In this document: in pieces, positions 37,117-50,420 of the stretch
How the letters are laid out: every line of letters begins with the position of its first letter
Position numbering within the stretch: the stretch's first letter is position 1
NCBI GenBank assembly: GCA_036785375.1
Contig: JAWMAR010000029.1
Location: 9,920,001 to 9,984,000, forward strand
Direction: 5' to 3'
DNA: 64,000 nucleotides
Source of the DNA: Leucoraja ocellata
Lineage: Eukaryota
Translations under genes and position numbers: made by a program
Notes under the pieces: generated by a model
What the model was told of the DNA's origin: nothing
Databases searched by the model: none
Seen by the model: only the letters and a program-made list of their open reading frames with translations

Positions 37117-37490
37117 TAATTCTCCATCACCTCAAAGAGTCATACTTAGTCATACAGCATGGAAATAGGCCCTTCAGTCCAACATACCGGCCAAAATACC
37201 CCATCTACACTGTCCCACCTGCTCATGTTTGACCCGTATCTCTCTGAACCTTTCTGATCCATGATTCAGTAACTGTGCCAGGATTGCAACACACACAAAG
37301 AAAGTTTGGTCCCACATAAACCTGGAAATAAGGCTGTGGAGTGATCAAGTTCCCTTCCCCTCTGTTTTCTAATCTCTGCGTTGTGAAATGACAGAACCGT
37401 GCGTCGATCAAAGCCCGAACAATAATACTGCACAGAGTTTAATTTACAAACTTAAAACAAGATAAAACTGTCAGTTTCTGTGGGGAATAC

Positions 37491-37567
37491 CTTTTGTAGG
37501 TTGAAAAACCAGGTTTTATATTCGCCTGGCTTGGTACAGGAGACCTTCATTGGCTCCATCATCTCTC
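37491..37567 (-). CDS. tandem-PH gene, exon 11 (PH2 C-terminal helix)
   Basis: 77-nt phase 1-0 exon encoding GEMMEPMKVSCTKPGEYKTWFFNLQK, with the invariant PH tryptophan. Confidence 0.85.
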
Positions 37568-37744
37568 CTGCAGATGAGAATTGAATGAATAACAAAGATG
37601 ACAATTCACATTTATCACACATGTTACACAGTGAAACCTCTGCAGCACCTCATCGATCATCACCCTGACCGAGGTGTCGGGGCAGGTGACTGACAGCTTA
37701 GTCAGTGAGGAAATGAAGGCAGAGTGGTCTTGAGCAGCTCCGGA

Positions 37745-38690
37745 GTCAAAGAGTCATTAAGTTCAGCATGGAAACAGGCCCTTTGGCCCAATTACCCATG
37801 CTGACCAACATGCCCATCTACAGTAGTTCCATTTGCTCCCACCTACACCATATCCTTCTAAACCTTTCCTAATCATCTACTGTCCAAATGTCTTTTAAAT
37901 ATTTTGACAGTACCTGCCTCAACTACCTCTGGCAGTCCATTCCATACACCCACTACCCTTTGTGTGAAAAGGTTGCCCCTCAGGTTCCTATTATAATTTT
38001 CTCTCTTACCTTAAACCTATGGTTCTTCATTCCCCTACTCTGGGTCAAAGACTCTGTGCATTTACCCTATTTCCCCTCGTGATCTTATACACCTCTATAT
38101 GACCACCCCTTATCCTCCTGCACTCCAAGGAAAACAAATCTAGCCTGCTCAACCCCCCCCCCCCCACAGCTCAGACCCTTAAGTCTTGGTAACATCCTCT
38201 TAGATCTTCTCTGCTCCCTTTCCAGCTTAACAACATATTTTCTATAACATGCAGACCACAACTGAACACAATACTCCAGATGTGACCTCACCAATGTTTT
38301 GTACAACTGTAACCTAACATCCCAACTTCTATGTGTAGGAAACAACTGCAGATGCTGGTTTAAATCAAAGATAGACACAAAATGCTGGAGTAACTCAACG
38401 GGACACGCAGCATTTCTGGAGAGATGGAATGGGTGGCCTTTTGGATCGAGAGCCTTCTTCAGACTGATGTCAGGGGAGTGGACTCCCCTGTCTGAAGAAG
38501 GGTCTCTACCCGAAACGTCACCCATTCCTTCTCTCCAGAGTTGCTGCCTGTCCTGCTGAGTTACTCCAGCATTTTGTGTCTATCTTTGATCCCAACGTCT
38601 ATATTCAATGGTCTGACTGATGAAGGCCGATGTACCTTCTTGACCACCCTATATACCTGTGATGACATTTTCAAGGAACTATGTACCTGT
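37745..38690 (-). mobile_element. older CR1 fragment with nested self-inverted Penelope-derived element (~38332-38588)
   Basis: Translates to LQLYKTLVRSHLEYCVQLWS. The nested element is flanked by ATCCCAAC(T/G)TCTAT. Confidence 0.75.
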
Positions 38691-38920
38691 GGAAATGGGG
38701 CTGAAGATCCAAGAACTGAGAATCAGAGAGATGGAGCTATCAGGTCATGTCAGATTTCATCAACCATAGGATGTCTTCAGACGGGACACTGCTAGACTGC
38801 AAGCTCGATTAACCCGAGGCCACACACTATTAACTTGCAGGAGATGATGGTTCAACATGAAATGCCGACCATCCCTTTGGGGGATTATATGATTTAGAAC
38901 ATAGAACATAAAACATTTAC

Positions 38921-38996
38921 CTCTAATTTCAAACTCAAGGTGCCCCACACGTGCAGATCTTTCCAAGGCTCTGATGCTGTGAGTAGGAAGTCTTCC
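38921..38996 (-). CDS. tandem-PH gene, exon 10 (PH2)
   Basis: 76-nt phase 0-1 exon encoding GRLPTHSIRALERSARVGHLEFEIR(G). Confidence 0.85.
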
Positions 38997-39664
38997 CTGT
39001 GTGGAACAGAACATCTGGTAAACCTTTGTGCCTTTGTTGCTGCTGTAATGACCACCATGCCACTGCCTCTACTGTTGTTGATACTCTGGAACGCTCTGAT
39101 CTGACTTTACGGGGCATTGGACGGTGCCAAACATTCAGTGAAACAACCCAACACTGAACCGCCACCAGAAATTGATCTGCAGATGAGCTCTTGCCATGAG
39201 ATGTTATTCTTAAAGAAAGTTATTGCAATGGCTTCCACAAGGTCTGCTTCTCTCTGACAGGCCACCTTGCTGGGCTACAGCTTCACACGCACCGGCTGCC
39301 TTCCAGCTGTGAGGAAACCGAAGGTTGACCATGTAGAGCTGAGCCCAGCTCCATCCTTGCCCGATATCACGGGTGTTTCCCAACAGTGGTCACTGGATAT
39401 TGATCAGAAGGTTGTCCTGCCACAGAGGCTGTCAGGTCTTAGCACAGCTGTGACCATTACAACAACGTCTGGGTCAATGGGGAGGAGGGGGAGTAAAGGG
39501 TGGGATTACCGGGGTGCCGGACAGGTCGTGTACTGGAGGTTTGTGTGGACAAAAGCTGGGTGGGATTTGTGATCGATGAGGTGCACACCTTACATCCAGC
39601 TCGGCACTGGGTCAAGATGCGGATATCCTAGTGCTCCTTGAATTTGACACTGGAAGTGTCAACA

Positions 39665-39945
39665 GGCACTGTGGTGCAGCGGTAGAGTTGCTGCCTTACA
39701 GTGCCAAAGACCTGTGTTTAATCCTAACATTGGGTGCTGTCTGTACAGAGTTTGCATATTCTCCCTGTGGCCTTGTAGGTTTTCTCCAGGTGCTCTGTTT
39801 TCTCCAAAGATGTATAGGTTAGTAGGTTAATTAGCTCTACAAAAACCCTAGTGTGTAGGATAGAACTAGTGTACGGGTGATCATTGGTTGGTGCGGACTT
39901 GGTGGGCTGAAGGGCCTGGTTCCACGCTGGATCTCTCAACTAAAC
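39665..39945 (+). mobile_element. tRNA-derived V-SINE/HE1-like SINE
   Basis: Same head, core and tail as 21296. Confidence 0.8.
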
Positions 39946-40120
39946 CAAAGGCAGGGAAAGGGAATCTGTTTTTTTTTTACTCTGATTTTCTCTTGCATTT
40001 CCATGGACATTTGTGCATCTGCAGTAGTAAAGTCTGCTCCAGACTTAGGTTCGGTGCTGTCAGAGGTGATCTCCTTCACTGGTTCAGCTGGGGGTGTTAA
40101 ACAAGGGCTGGCAGACTTAC

Positions 40121-40207
40121 TTCGTACTTGACGGCTGTTTTCTGCTCATCTGTGGAAAGTATTACAAGATCGTCTGGAAATAAAACCATGATCCTCTCTT
40201 CAAACGC
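40121..40207 (-). CDS. tandem-PH gene, exon 9 (PH2)
   Basis: 87-nt phase 0-0 exon with GTAAGT donor. Encodes AFEERIMVLFPDDLVILSTDEQKTAVKYE. Confidence 0.88.
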
Positions 40208-40350
40208 CTGAAAATGGGTAAAAGCAAGTCAAAAAGTATTCAGTGAAGCTGCGGCTAGGTGCAAAGAGTTGCCATGTTTTACAGAATACAACAGTTATCA
40301 ATACAGGAACCAGACCCCTCACTGGCTTTGAACAGCAGGTCCCAGGTATA

Positions 40351-40486
40351 TGTGTAAGAAAGAACTGCAGATGCTGGTTTAAATCAAAGGTAGACACAAA
40401 ATGCTGGAGTAACTCAGCGGGTGAGGTAGCATCTCTGGAGAGAAGGAATGGGCGACGTTTCGTGTCGAGACCCTTCTTCAGACTGA
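40351..40486 (-). mobile_element. short Penelope-derived element
   Basis: 11-bp TSD TCCCAGGTATA (40340-40350, 40487-40497). Confidence 0.8.
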
Positions 40487-42114
40487 TCCCAGGTATACGT
40501 CCATCCAGAGAACCGGCCACAAATTTACCAGGACCAAGTGTCCCACAGGAAGGTATAAAAGGAGAATTGGTTGTAGCTGTACTTTGGCAACTTAACCCTA
40601 ACCCAGAGCCAGATGTCACTGAAAGTTAAGAGTCAAGGGGAAATTAGGGAAGAACCAGAGCAAGAAAGATTGAGAAAGAAACTAGCGTAGGGCAGGCACA
40701 GTGCAGGTGCAGTGCTGTGCACTGGTTAGTGACAAGACAAGGGCTACGGGACCATTGGGGTATTTTCTGGGGAGGGGGGAAACAATTGAGTTTGTTCTCG
40801 TACAGAAGATAAATCTGCGGCTAAAACCTTCCTGAAAGAAAAGGATCTGAAAGCATTTTAAGTAATTACCAAGGACAATGGCAGATTAACTTCCCACAGC
40901 TGGGGTGGGGTGTCCTGGTCTATCATGTGGCGGGCTCTGCAACAGGAGGCTGAGAGCAACATCAGAGAAAGAGCAGACGGAATTTGAGGGTGTGGGTGGT
41001 GGAGAGCCCGTCACAGAGTACAAGTTGCCCACACATTGTATTTTGGAAGTGAAAATATTTTCAAAGTACATGAATTTTGAAGAATCTCGAGGTTTGACCT
41101 TTGATGAGTCACTCAGGACTTTCCCTAAATCTGCACCCTGCAATGACAACAGTTCCTCTCACTATCTGCAGTTTCCAACCACTGGAGATCTTGTCTGTGC
41201 CTTCACTAGCAGCAGACTCGGTGGTCTGTCACAGGTAACCACCTCCCTCTCCCCACCTTTTCCCACACTTCTCCACCTTTGCCCACCTCTCCCCAACTCT
41301 CTCCACCTCCCCACCCCTCCACCCACCACCCACGTCTCCACATCTCCCCGGCTCTCTTCAACTCTCTCCGTAACATCCAAATGCACTGGTTGAATAAGTG
41401 AACCGAGGGCAGCCTGAGGTGTCTTTGGCATTGTTACCAACTGGCTCTAGCACCTGTACGCAACATTTCACCTGACACTAAACAAACGTTAATTCTGTAA
41501 AATGTGCCCCAGAGAAAGTTCTGTAAAAGTCCCGGCTTCGAGTCCCATCCGAGCCAGATGAAGCAACAGGCCAGCAGTCTCTTCACTTTGGCAGAGGCGT
41601 GAGATCCAGCCTGGTCCTTGTTACTGCCCGTGTTCATTTAAAGCATAATTCATCAATTGATTGATTGAAAGATACAGGCCCTTCGATCCACAAAGGCAAA
41701 GCAAACCATCGATCAGCTGTTTGTACTAATTCTGTTATCCTATTCTGAAGAAGAGTCCCGACCCGATACGCCATCTTGGGGTGGCACGGTGGTGCAGCGG
41801 TAGAGTTGCTGCCTTACAGTGCAGAAGACCCAGGTTCGATCCTGACTTTGGATGCTGTCTGTACAGACTGTTTCTGTGCTATCTGTAAAGTAAACTAAAC
41901 TAAACCATCTATCCATGTTCTCCAGGGATGCTGCCTAACCCTCTGAGTTACTCCAGCACTTTGTGTCTTTCTATGTTCTACCATGATCAGTAATCACTGA
42001 TGATTTGCAATTAACAATAATCAATTATCAGTTCAGGATGTGCTGACTTGCGTCACACTTCCTGCTGTTTATGTACAGCACATAATCCAACAAATAATAA
42101 AAGAAGTTCTAGAC

Positions 42115-42261
42115 CTGACTGTGTGCACAGCGAACTTGCACCGTGGATATGTACACAAAGTGTCCCAGATGCTGGATTGGAGTCCCTTCCCAGCCCTGGA
42201 TAGGATTCTGCTGCAGGTACTTCTCCAGCTCCTGTCTTTTCCAGTCTTCGTCACAGGGAAG
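42115..42261 (-). CDS. tandem-PH gene, exon 8 (start of PH2)
   Basis: 147-nt phase 0-0 exon encoding LPCDEDWKRQELEKYLQQNPIQGWEGTPIQHLGHFVYISTVQVRCAHSQ. Confidence 0.82.
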
Positions 42262-43668
42262 CTTGAGGTAAACCGGCAGACAAGAGAAAACTAGTTAAAA
42301 TGAGGCGGCTTCTCCTAGTATTATGGCACGTTTAAGAACCATTTAGACAGGTACATGGATAGGACAGGGTTAGTGAAATAGGGGCCAAACACAAGCAAGT
42401 GGGATTAGTGTAAATATGACGTTGGCCGGTGTGGGCGAATTGGGCCGAAGGACCTGTTTCCACGCTGTTAGACTCCATGCCTCCCATTCAAAATATTCTA
42501 GCCCTGCAATATGGAAAACTCAAGCAAATCAGTCACAAAGGATTTAAGTTCTATTGAAAGACCTAATATGTCAGAGATGCTCTCTGACCCGCTGAGTTAC
42601 TCTAGTACTTTGTGTCTTTCTTTGGTATAAATCATTATCTGCAGTTCCTTTCTGCACATAAGTATTAACATTATGAGAGGCATAGATAGGATGGACAGTC
42701 AGAACCTTTTCCTCCCACCCAAGGTGGAAATGTCAAAGACTAGATGGCAGAGTGGTGGGTTCCTGGAACATGCTGCCAGTGGTGGTGGAGGTATGATAGT
42801 GGCGTTTCAGAAGCTTTTAGATAGGCACACTGATATGCACGAGATGGAGTGATATGGATCTTGTGCAGGCAGATGAGATTAGTTGAACTTGGCCTCACGT
42901 TCGGCACAGAGATTGTGGGCTGATGGGCCTGTTCCTGTGCCGTACTGTTCTATATTCTATGGAAGCTCGCCAGCAGTTCAGCGAGATGTTGATAAAATAG
43001 TTACCAGATCTCCTGGAGTAGGAGTGATTTAACCCACGCCAGCCTCAGGCCTCTGCCACACATTGCTGGTCTGTTTCCCTTTCTCACCCCTCTCAGGTTG
43101 AGTTATAACATTTTTGAAGGAAGTGACTGTACACGCAATAGTTTCCTCCCATCGATCTCTATCTTGGTTTTGAGCATTCCCTTTCTCTCCCCATTTTCCT
43201 CACAGGCTCTGTGTTACAGTGACCCTGTGGCACTGAATGACTAATCCTCCCTGGACACTGACACTGGGCACTGGTAGTTTAATCAAAACTACAGCATTGG
43301 CATCCTGGTTCTACTGGACCTCAGATGCTCCCTTTCCCTGGGAATACAGACCCAACGCCGACACCAGCTCCCACCGGGCATCAATTAAAGCTTGGTATCT
43401 CAATGCTTGCTACTTATCTACTTTATTGGAGACCCTCAGACCATCTTCGATCAGGCTTACTGGATTTTATCTTAGACTAAATATTATTCCCATTATTCCC
43501 TTAATCATGTATTTGTACACTATGGATGGCTCGAGTGTAATCATGTGTTGTCTTTCCGCTGAATGGTTAGCATGCAACAACATTTTTTCACAGTACCATG
43601 GTACATGTGACAATAAACTCAACTCAACTCAAATCTTATCTGATCCAATTAGACTGCTCATTGCTTAC

Positions 43669-43802
43669 CAACATAGCCAGCTTGTGCTGTTTATGTGCCC
43701 GATATAGAGAAGCCTTCTTAACTCTTCTTGGCAAATGAGCCATCCATATTTTGAACTCCTCTTCGTTTGAACACATTATTATCCTGGAGTCGAACATTGA
43801 CC
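43669..43802 (-). CDS. tandem-PH gene, exon 7 (PH1 C-terminal helix + linker)
   Basis: 134-nt phase 1-0 exon encoding GSMFDSRIIMCSNEEEFKIWMAHLPRRVKKASLYRAHKQHKLAML. Confidence 0.85.
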
Positions 43803-44922
43803 CTGCGAGAAATAAACCCGGACAGATAGAGGAATGAGTGGAAGTTTGTTCCCCAGTGGAGTCGCATACATGCCAAGTTAGAGTAACTTCTTCTGTGGGA
43901 AAGGTTTCCATTGGACAAATGACACAAAGTACTGGGGTAACTCAGCAGGTCAGGCACCATCTCTGGAGAACAAGGATAGGTGAGATTTTGGGTTGGGCCC
44001 TCCTTCAGGCTGATGACGAATCCCAAGCTGAAACCTCGCCTATCCATGTTCATTGGAGATGCTGTCTGACCTATAGAGTTACTCCAGCACTTTGTGTCTT
44101 TCTTTTGTAAATCAGAATCTGCATTTCCTGGTGTCTGCAATGGAAGAATATCTGGTTCAGGAACACAACTGTGTATTAGAACCTGTCTGTGTGCTACCCA
44201 ATCATAATGGGACCACAAGCCCACTGGCTCTGCTGGGCTGAGATTATGCTGGACTGGGTTCTGGATTCTCGGTCCACATGGAGTTACCAGATGCCTCCAG
44301 TCCAGGTGGAGCATGCCTGATGCCACGCACCCTTTGTCTGTGCAAGCAGGGTTGTGAGAGCGAATCTGCTGCACGTTGTCCATTGGAGGGTCAACCTGCC
44401 CATTGCTTCAGGCCTGAGGAGCTCACTCACTCCTAACTGGGGGCTCCTCACAAGAGCTTGCTCAGGTCACAGCCCAGTCCCTCATTGCCAGTGTCCCCAG
44501 CACCTCGAACCGGTCTTCTATGCACTGACCATTGCTCCCATCCCCACACCCCTGCTGCCTCACCGGGTGCTCCAAGGACAACCCATTCTCCTCCTCACCC
44601 AGCTCCTGACACAGGCCTGAAGTAGTTCTACCCCTGCCCCTCCAACCTAACTCCCACCCATCCCAATTTTCCCTCTGCCTCTGTCACAATCCTGTCCTTA
44701 ACCTTGAACCAATTCACCCCTGCTGTCACCCCGGGATAGGAGTGTTGGAACACTTTGAGAAGACCCCCAGTATTCCAGGCACTATAAGCATCAGCGCACA
44801 CACACACATACACACAAACACATGTGCGTACACACATACGCACATCCTGTGTTTGGTGCCCAGTGTCCAGTCGGCTGTGTCCAGTCTACCGTGCCCCAGA
44901 GCCGCCCCTTAACCATTCTCAC

Positions 44923-44989
44923 CCGTAATTTCAAATGTGTTGTTCTTCAATAACATTCTGACTGAGATCCCAGAAAGTGGCAACAGACC
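44923..44989 (-). CDS. tandem-PH gene, exon 6 (PH1)
   Basis: 67-nt phase 0-1 exon encoding GLLPLSGISVRMLLKNNTFEIT(G); compare PLEKHN1 GLLPL...AFQITG. Confidence 0.88.
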
Positions 44990-45267
44990 CTGGAAAACAA
45001 GGAGGAGAGTCAGTGAAGGGGGCCGCCATCCCTCAGCATGGAATGACCTTCGCTACATTTGGGCCTTCGTTGCCTCCTGTTATTTTGGCAAAATTCTATT
45101 TTCTCGGTCATCGATTCATTTGTAGTAAAGTCAGAAAGGGGATTCAATGCTGCTACACATGTCCTACACACCTGCAAATGTCCTGCACACTTCCACGCCT
45201 CCAAAGCACCTACACACCTCCCAGGCACCTGCACACACATACATGCGCACATACTGTATATCTGCAT

Positions 45268-45479
45268 TTTGACACAAAATGCTGGAGTAACTCGGGACTG
45301 GCAGCATCTCTGGAGAGAAGGAATGGGTGACGTTTTGGGTCGAGATGTCTGAAGAAGGGTCTCGACCCAAAACGTCACCCATTCCTTCTCTCCAGAGATG
45401 CTGCTTGTCCCGCTGAGTTACTCCAGCATTTTGTGTCTACCTTTGATTTAAACCAGCATTCGCAGTTCTTTCCGACACA
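45268..45479. mobile_element. self-inverted Penelope-derived short element
   Basis: Head-to-head arms; TATCTGCATT on both flanks. Confidence 0.75.
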
Positions 45480-45699
45480 TATCTGCATTCTTCCATCCTG
45501 CTGCACACGCCTTGCCTACCCGAGTTATTGCCAAACACCTGAACGACTTTCACACCTGTCTCACACGCACAGAATCCCACTTCTCTTTTGAATGCTGATA
45601 TATGACCTTTTTACACACGTTTGGTCTTACATATATGGCTCCTTGGCCACCTACAGCATAGGGGGGTTACAGCATTGGCAGGATGCATTGGAGAGACCA

Positions 45700-46235
45700 T
45701 AAAGTCATGGGGCCTCAGCATTGGGGAGCAGCAGTATCGGGGGAACTGCGGTGTTTTGTCTAATCTCAATGTTGGGGATCATAGTGTTGGGGGGTCCGCA
45801 GTGTTGGGACCACGGTGTCGGGGGCCATGCTGTCATGGGGACCGCAGAGTTCGGGAACAACAGTGTCAGGGGGAACGTAATATTATTGGGGGGTGGTGGT
45901 GGTGTTGGGGGACCACAATGTCGGGGAACCACAGCTTTGGGGGACTGCATTGTTGGGGTACTGCAGAGTCGGGGGAACTGTGGTGTTGGGGGAAACCACA
46001 GTATTGGGTGGAGCACAGCGTTGAGGAGCCATAGCATTTGGGAACTGAAGCATTGGGAGAACCACAGTTCAGGGTTCGCAATGCAGAGGAACCCCATTGT
46101 TCGGATGCTGCAGTGTTGGTGCAATCACAGTGTGGGGGGAACCACAGTGTTGGGGGGACCACCAAGTCAGCGAACTGCGGGGACAGTCAGAGCAACGGTA
46201 GCATTGGGGAATGGCGGTGTTGGGGGAAGCAGTAC
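45700..46235 (+). repeat. degenerate ~17-bp G-rich minisatellite (GGGGGAACCACAGTGTT-like)
   Basis: Many repeated GGGGG(A)ACC(A/G)CAG(T/C)(G/A)TT units. Confidence 0.75.
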
Positions 46236-46393
46236 GTAGTTCGAAGGGCCAAATGGCTTCCTGCACCTATTTTCTATGTTTCTTGAGCATCAGTGATCTG
46301 TTTCACCCCTGTGGCTGAGAAACCGTCCAGACCTACGTGAACAAGTGGTCAGCTTGTGCCTTCAGACGAGGGGAAGTGTGACGGGGCCTTTAC

Positions 46394-46480
46394 CTGGTAG
46401 ATGAATCTCTGCTCCTCCTCGTCCACAGCCAGGATCAGCAGGTGTAAGGGGAAGAGTACCAGGTGCCTCCTCGTCTCCGC
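46394..46480 (-). CDS. tandem-PH gene, exon 5 (PH1)
   Basis: 87-nt phase 0-0 exon encoding AETRRHLVLFPLHLLILAVDEEEQRFIYQ. Confidence 0.88.
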
Positions 46481-47154
46481 CTGCAACATGAGAGCAGGTG
46501 TGAGGATCAAGGCGCGGACATTGACCCCGCGCTGGAGACCGCTCCTGCCGCCATCCTGCCAGCTTAACATGAGCTCTGTCACCGGTCATGCCCGCCCGTC
46601 TTCTGCCCAACCTCATACCCTCGCACCCTTCCCCGTGGACTCAGTGCCGAATCCTGAAACCCATCTGGCCTGAGGAGGTGGGGGGGGAGGGGGGGGGGGG
46701 AGTGGGGGGGAGTGGGGGGGGGGGGAGTGGGTGCCCACAAGGCAGCTGACCCTTACACTAGCCAGAAATTGCTGGCGTAACTGGGCGGGTCAGTCGGCAT
46801 CTCTGGAGAGAAGGAATGGGTGACGTTTTGGGTCGAGACTCTTCTTCAGACCTTTGTCCACCAGCCTGGGTGATGGGGAGATGAGGTCAGCTCACCCCAC
46901 AGACTGACGTGCTCCAGGTCAGACTGACATGTCCCCACCCCCAGCACTATCCCCACCACCTCCCCCCTCCAGGGTTCGGCTCACATTGACTGCTCTGTGT
47001 GTAAAATGCCTGTGATTCTTGTGGTGGCTTCTGAGAATGCAATGGGTTCTATGTAAAAGCAGGTCTGCTATCTACACAGTGTAACCCTCCCTGCTCTAGG
47101 GTTTCCAGGGGAGAGATTTGCTGAGATGCCAGGTCTTTCAGCCGGGGCTGCTAC

Positions 47155-47301
47155 CTCCATGTACTGATCGTGAAGTAGGGCCGAGGACGACCATACGATT
47201 TCACCCAGACCGCTGATGTCCTCTCCTTCCCAGCCCTTTATGGGCTCTGTCCAGACAATCTTCTCCAGGTCTCTGCGAGACTTTCCCCACAGCAACTCAA
47301 C
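47155..47301 (-). CDS. tandem-PH gene, exon 4 (start of PH1)
   Basis: 147-nt phase 0-0 exon encoding VELLWGKSRRDLEKIVWTEPIKGWEGEDISGLGEIVWSSSALLHDQYME. The I-x2-WEG-x-DI-x2-LG motif resembles ARHGEF6/7 (PIX) PH domains. Confidence 0.85.
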
Positions 47302-47427
47302 CTGCAACAGTGCAAAGTACAATATGGGACTGAGTAAATGTTGCACTTATTAATGCATCCAGTTGAATATGAATGGGTTCATTATATACAGGAATATCAA
47401 TCACTCTGAGATGATTGAGTGACAGAG

Positions 47428-47618
47428 NNNNNNNNNNNNNNNNNNNNNNNNNNNNNNNNNNNNNNNNNNNNNNNNNNNNNNNNNNNNNNNNNNNNNNNNN
47501 NNNNNNNNNNNNNNNNNNNNNNNNNNNNNNNNNNNNNNNNNNNNNNNNNNNNNNNNNNNNNNNNNNNNNNNNNNNNNNNNNNNNNNNNNNNNNNNNNNNN
47601 NNNNNNNNNNNNNNNNNN
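47428..47618. other. assembly gap
   Basis: Run of N. Confidence 1.
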
Positions 47619-48044
47619 CAATCATAGAGACGGCAACATAGATAGGTGTAACTAGTGTGAAACATTGGGGCCGAAAACTAGCTCTTAAACTTAAATAACG
47701 GCAATTAGAATGGCATAAGGACATAGTTGGCTCTTGTGGATGGGAAAAGTTGATGGCAGGTTGGACAGTAACTGCTACGGCATCAACTCGGAGATATTTC
47801 ATAGATCTCAGCCATTTCCACTGAAGGAATTCATAGTGGAATCCCTCAGAACTGCCCCTCCCACAGCACGGTGCTCCCTAAGTGCTGCCCTTCACTCAGC
47901 GTACACCACCTCTCAGTACTCTCACTGTACTACCCCCCCCCCCCCCACAGTGTGCACCCCTCAGTACTGCCGCCTACACTGCGCTCGTTGTAACAGGGTC
48001 CGGCTCAACCTGCTGAATGCCACTCGCCTCGAAGGTGATCTTAC

Positions 48045-48101
48045 CCCAGACAGTTCTTCCAGACGCTCCTCAAACAAATGGTTACTCACGGCGGACTGAC
48101 T
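48045..48101 (-). CDS. tandem-PH gene, candidate exon 3
   Basis: 57-nt phase 0-0 open exon with good acceptor (TTCCCAG) and donor (GTAAGA). Encodes SQSAVSNHLFEERLEELSG. Could be skipped without frameshift. Confidence 0.55.
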
Positions 48102-49637
48102 CTGGGAACAGATGGGAAAAATAAACCAGTTACACTGGAGAGTGAATCAAAAGCCAAACACGCACAATGAGTGTAGGAAGGAACTGCATTTGCAGGTTTA
48201 AACCGAAAATAGACAACTAAAGCTGTAGTCACTCAGCGGGTCAGGCAGCATCTCTGGAGAAAAGGAATAGGTGACGTTTCGGGTCAAGACTCTCCTTCAG
48301 CCAGTACAGTGACACAATGAACTGCAGATGCTGCAAATCTTCAGCAAAACACAAAATGCTGGAGGAACTCAACAAGACAGGCACCATGGACAGACAATGT
48401 TTCAGGTTGGGACCCTTCTTTGATTCTGATTGTAGTAGGATGGAAGAAGTTGGAGAAGAGGTGGGGGCAGAACCAGAGGTACCGGGTCAGCTGGGCAAGT
48501 GAAGGCAGGCACGGGTTATTGATTGGGGACGATCGGCCATGATCACAATGAATAGCGGTGCTGGCTCGAAGGGCCGAATGGCCTCCTCCTGCACCTATTT
48601 TCTATGTTTCTATGACAAGTGTATAGAGGGGGGGGGGGGGGGTGATTTACAGAAGGATGGATAAATGCTTGAGGTGAAAATGAGACAAATGTGTGACAGA
48701 TAAGACGAGAAACAGAATGAAATGTAAAGCCAGAGGGAGGGATGGAAATGGAAGGGGACCTGGTAGCGGGGTGGAGGGGTGTGGGGGAGAGGGTTAATAG
48801 GTGAACTGCGTGGGCGGGACAGAAGAAAGAGAGAGGATGGGTGGGGGGGGGGGTGGGAGGGTGGTGTTACTTAAAATTGGAGAATGAAATGTTCATACCA
48901 TTGGGTCATCAGCTGCCCAAACATAATATGTTTACGTGGGGCCTCGCTCTGACAATGGAGGAGCCCTGGACAGAAAGGTTGGTAATGGAACGAGAAGGAT
49001 AGTTCATTCATTCATCATCGTTGAAAACATTAGCGACGCAGTGGTGCTGGTTTCCGACAGGAACGGTGACAGACGCACCACACATCTCTGTCCTCCTGTT
49101 CCTGCGGACTTCTGCCGCTGGAAGTAGAGGATTTTGGTGGGTGTGTGCTTCATCATCATTCTTTACAATGCTGTGTACGACAGGGATCGCAACTTCTACT
49201 GAAGTGTGGATGGCCGTTGCTCGCTAGAAGCTCATCCGTCCATTGGCAGGTCTTGTTTTTGGTCCTGCTGGGGGTCCACAGCCCCTCCGTCACCTGGCAA
49301 ACCAGGTGGGGGAGACGGTTTAGTCGCCAACTATCCAACCATGGAACGGGTAGCACGGGATTAATTACATGGTACCCGTGGCGGGGGGAACTCCCCCCCC
49401 CCCCCCGACCTGACCTGAATAGTTCAAATGGTTAGCAACCGGGAGATCCTACAGGTCTTGTCTGATGTGCGGGGAGGGTGGAGGTGATTTGAGACGTGGG
49501 AGAACCACTCTGCTTGGAGCTGAGTCTGGATATTGAGTAGACCTCCCTCCCACCAATAACGCAGCCTTACACATTTGTGTTTTCATTGAATGGGCTGGTA
49601 CCCTCACCATCCCGTTTTGCTGGCCTTGCTGGCGGAG

Positions 49638-49772
49638 CTGGTTACCGGGTGACTGGTTACTTGGAGATTGGTTACTAGGTGGCTGGTTACCAGGTGGCTG
49701 GTTACTGGTGGTCTGGTTACTTGGAGACTGGTTACTGGTAGTCTGGGTACTGGGAGATTGGTTAGCAGGGGT
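49638..49772 (+). repeat. 15-bp tandem repeat x9 (CTGGTTAC-N7)
   Basis: Nine contiguous units without indels; reads (SNQ-S/P/T-P/T)n on the minus strand. Confidence 0.9.
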
Positions 49773-50117
49773 GTTTTTTAAGTTGGGCGGAGGTTTGGGA
49801 CATTGGCAGACGAACAGACGAAGGATCGGCTTGGTGGAGTCTTTGCGGCAGAAGCTATGGTCACTCAGTCGAGAAGAGCACAGTACCATGTTGTTTGTAG
49901 GAGGGAAGTGAAGGAGTCAGGCTGAATGGGGTTGACTGCTCTAAACGTGCTCGTTCTGTTGAGATACTGGGAGTCATGTCCGGCTAAAGGCAGACCAGAT
50001 CCACAGAGCATTTTAAAGGTGGCACTGTTGACCAACATGCCCATCGATACTAATCCCACTTGTCTGCACTAATTCCACATCCATCTCTGCCCTGCTCATT
50101 TGAGATTCTTGAATGAG

Positions 50118-50420
50118 GGGCAGCACAGTGGCACAGCGGTAGAGTTGCCTGACTTACAGCACCAGAGACCCGGGTTCCATTCTGAAGACGGGTGCAGTCT
50201 GTGTGGAGTTTGTATGTTCTCCCTGTGACCACGTGGATTTTCTCCGGGTGCTCTGGTTTTGTCCCACATTCCAAAGACGTGCAGGTTTGTAGGTTAATTG
50301 GCCTCTGTAAATAATCTGTAATGTGTAGGATAGACCTAGTGTACAGGTAATTGTGGTCAGCACAGACTCGAGAGGCCGAATGGCCTGTTTCCATGCTGTA
50401 TCTCTAAACTAAACTAAACA
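50118..50420 (+). mobile_element. tRNA-derived V-SINE/HE1-like SINE
   Basis: Full-length copy with (CTAAA)n tail. Confidence 0.85.

Noticed and set aside
45621-46286. Gly/Val-rich and Pro/Thr-rich ORFs up to 172 aa
   Set aside because: They arise from the 17-bp G-rich minisatellite.
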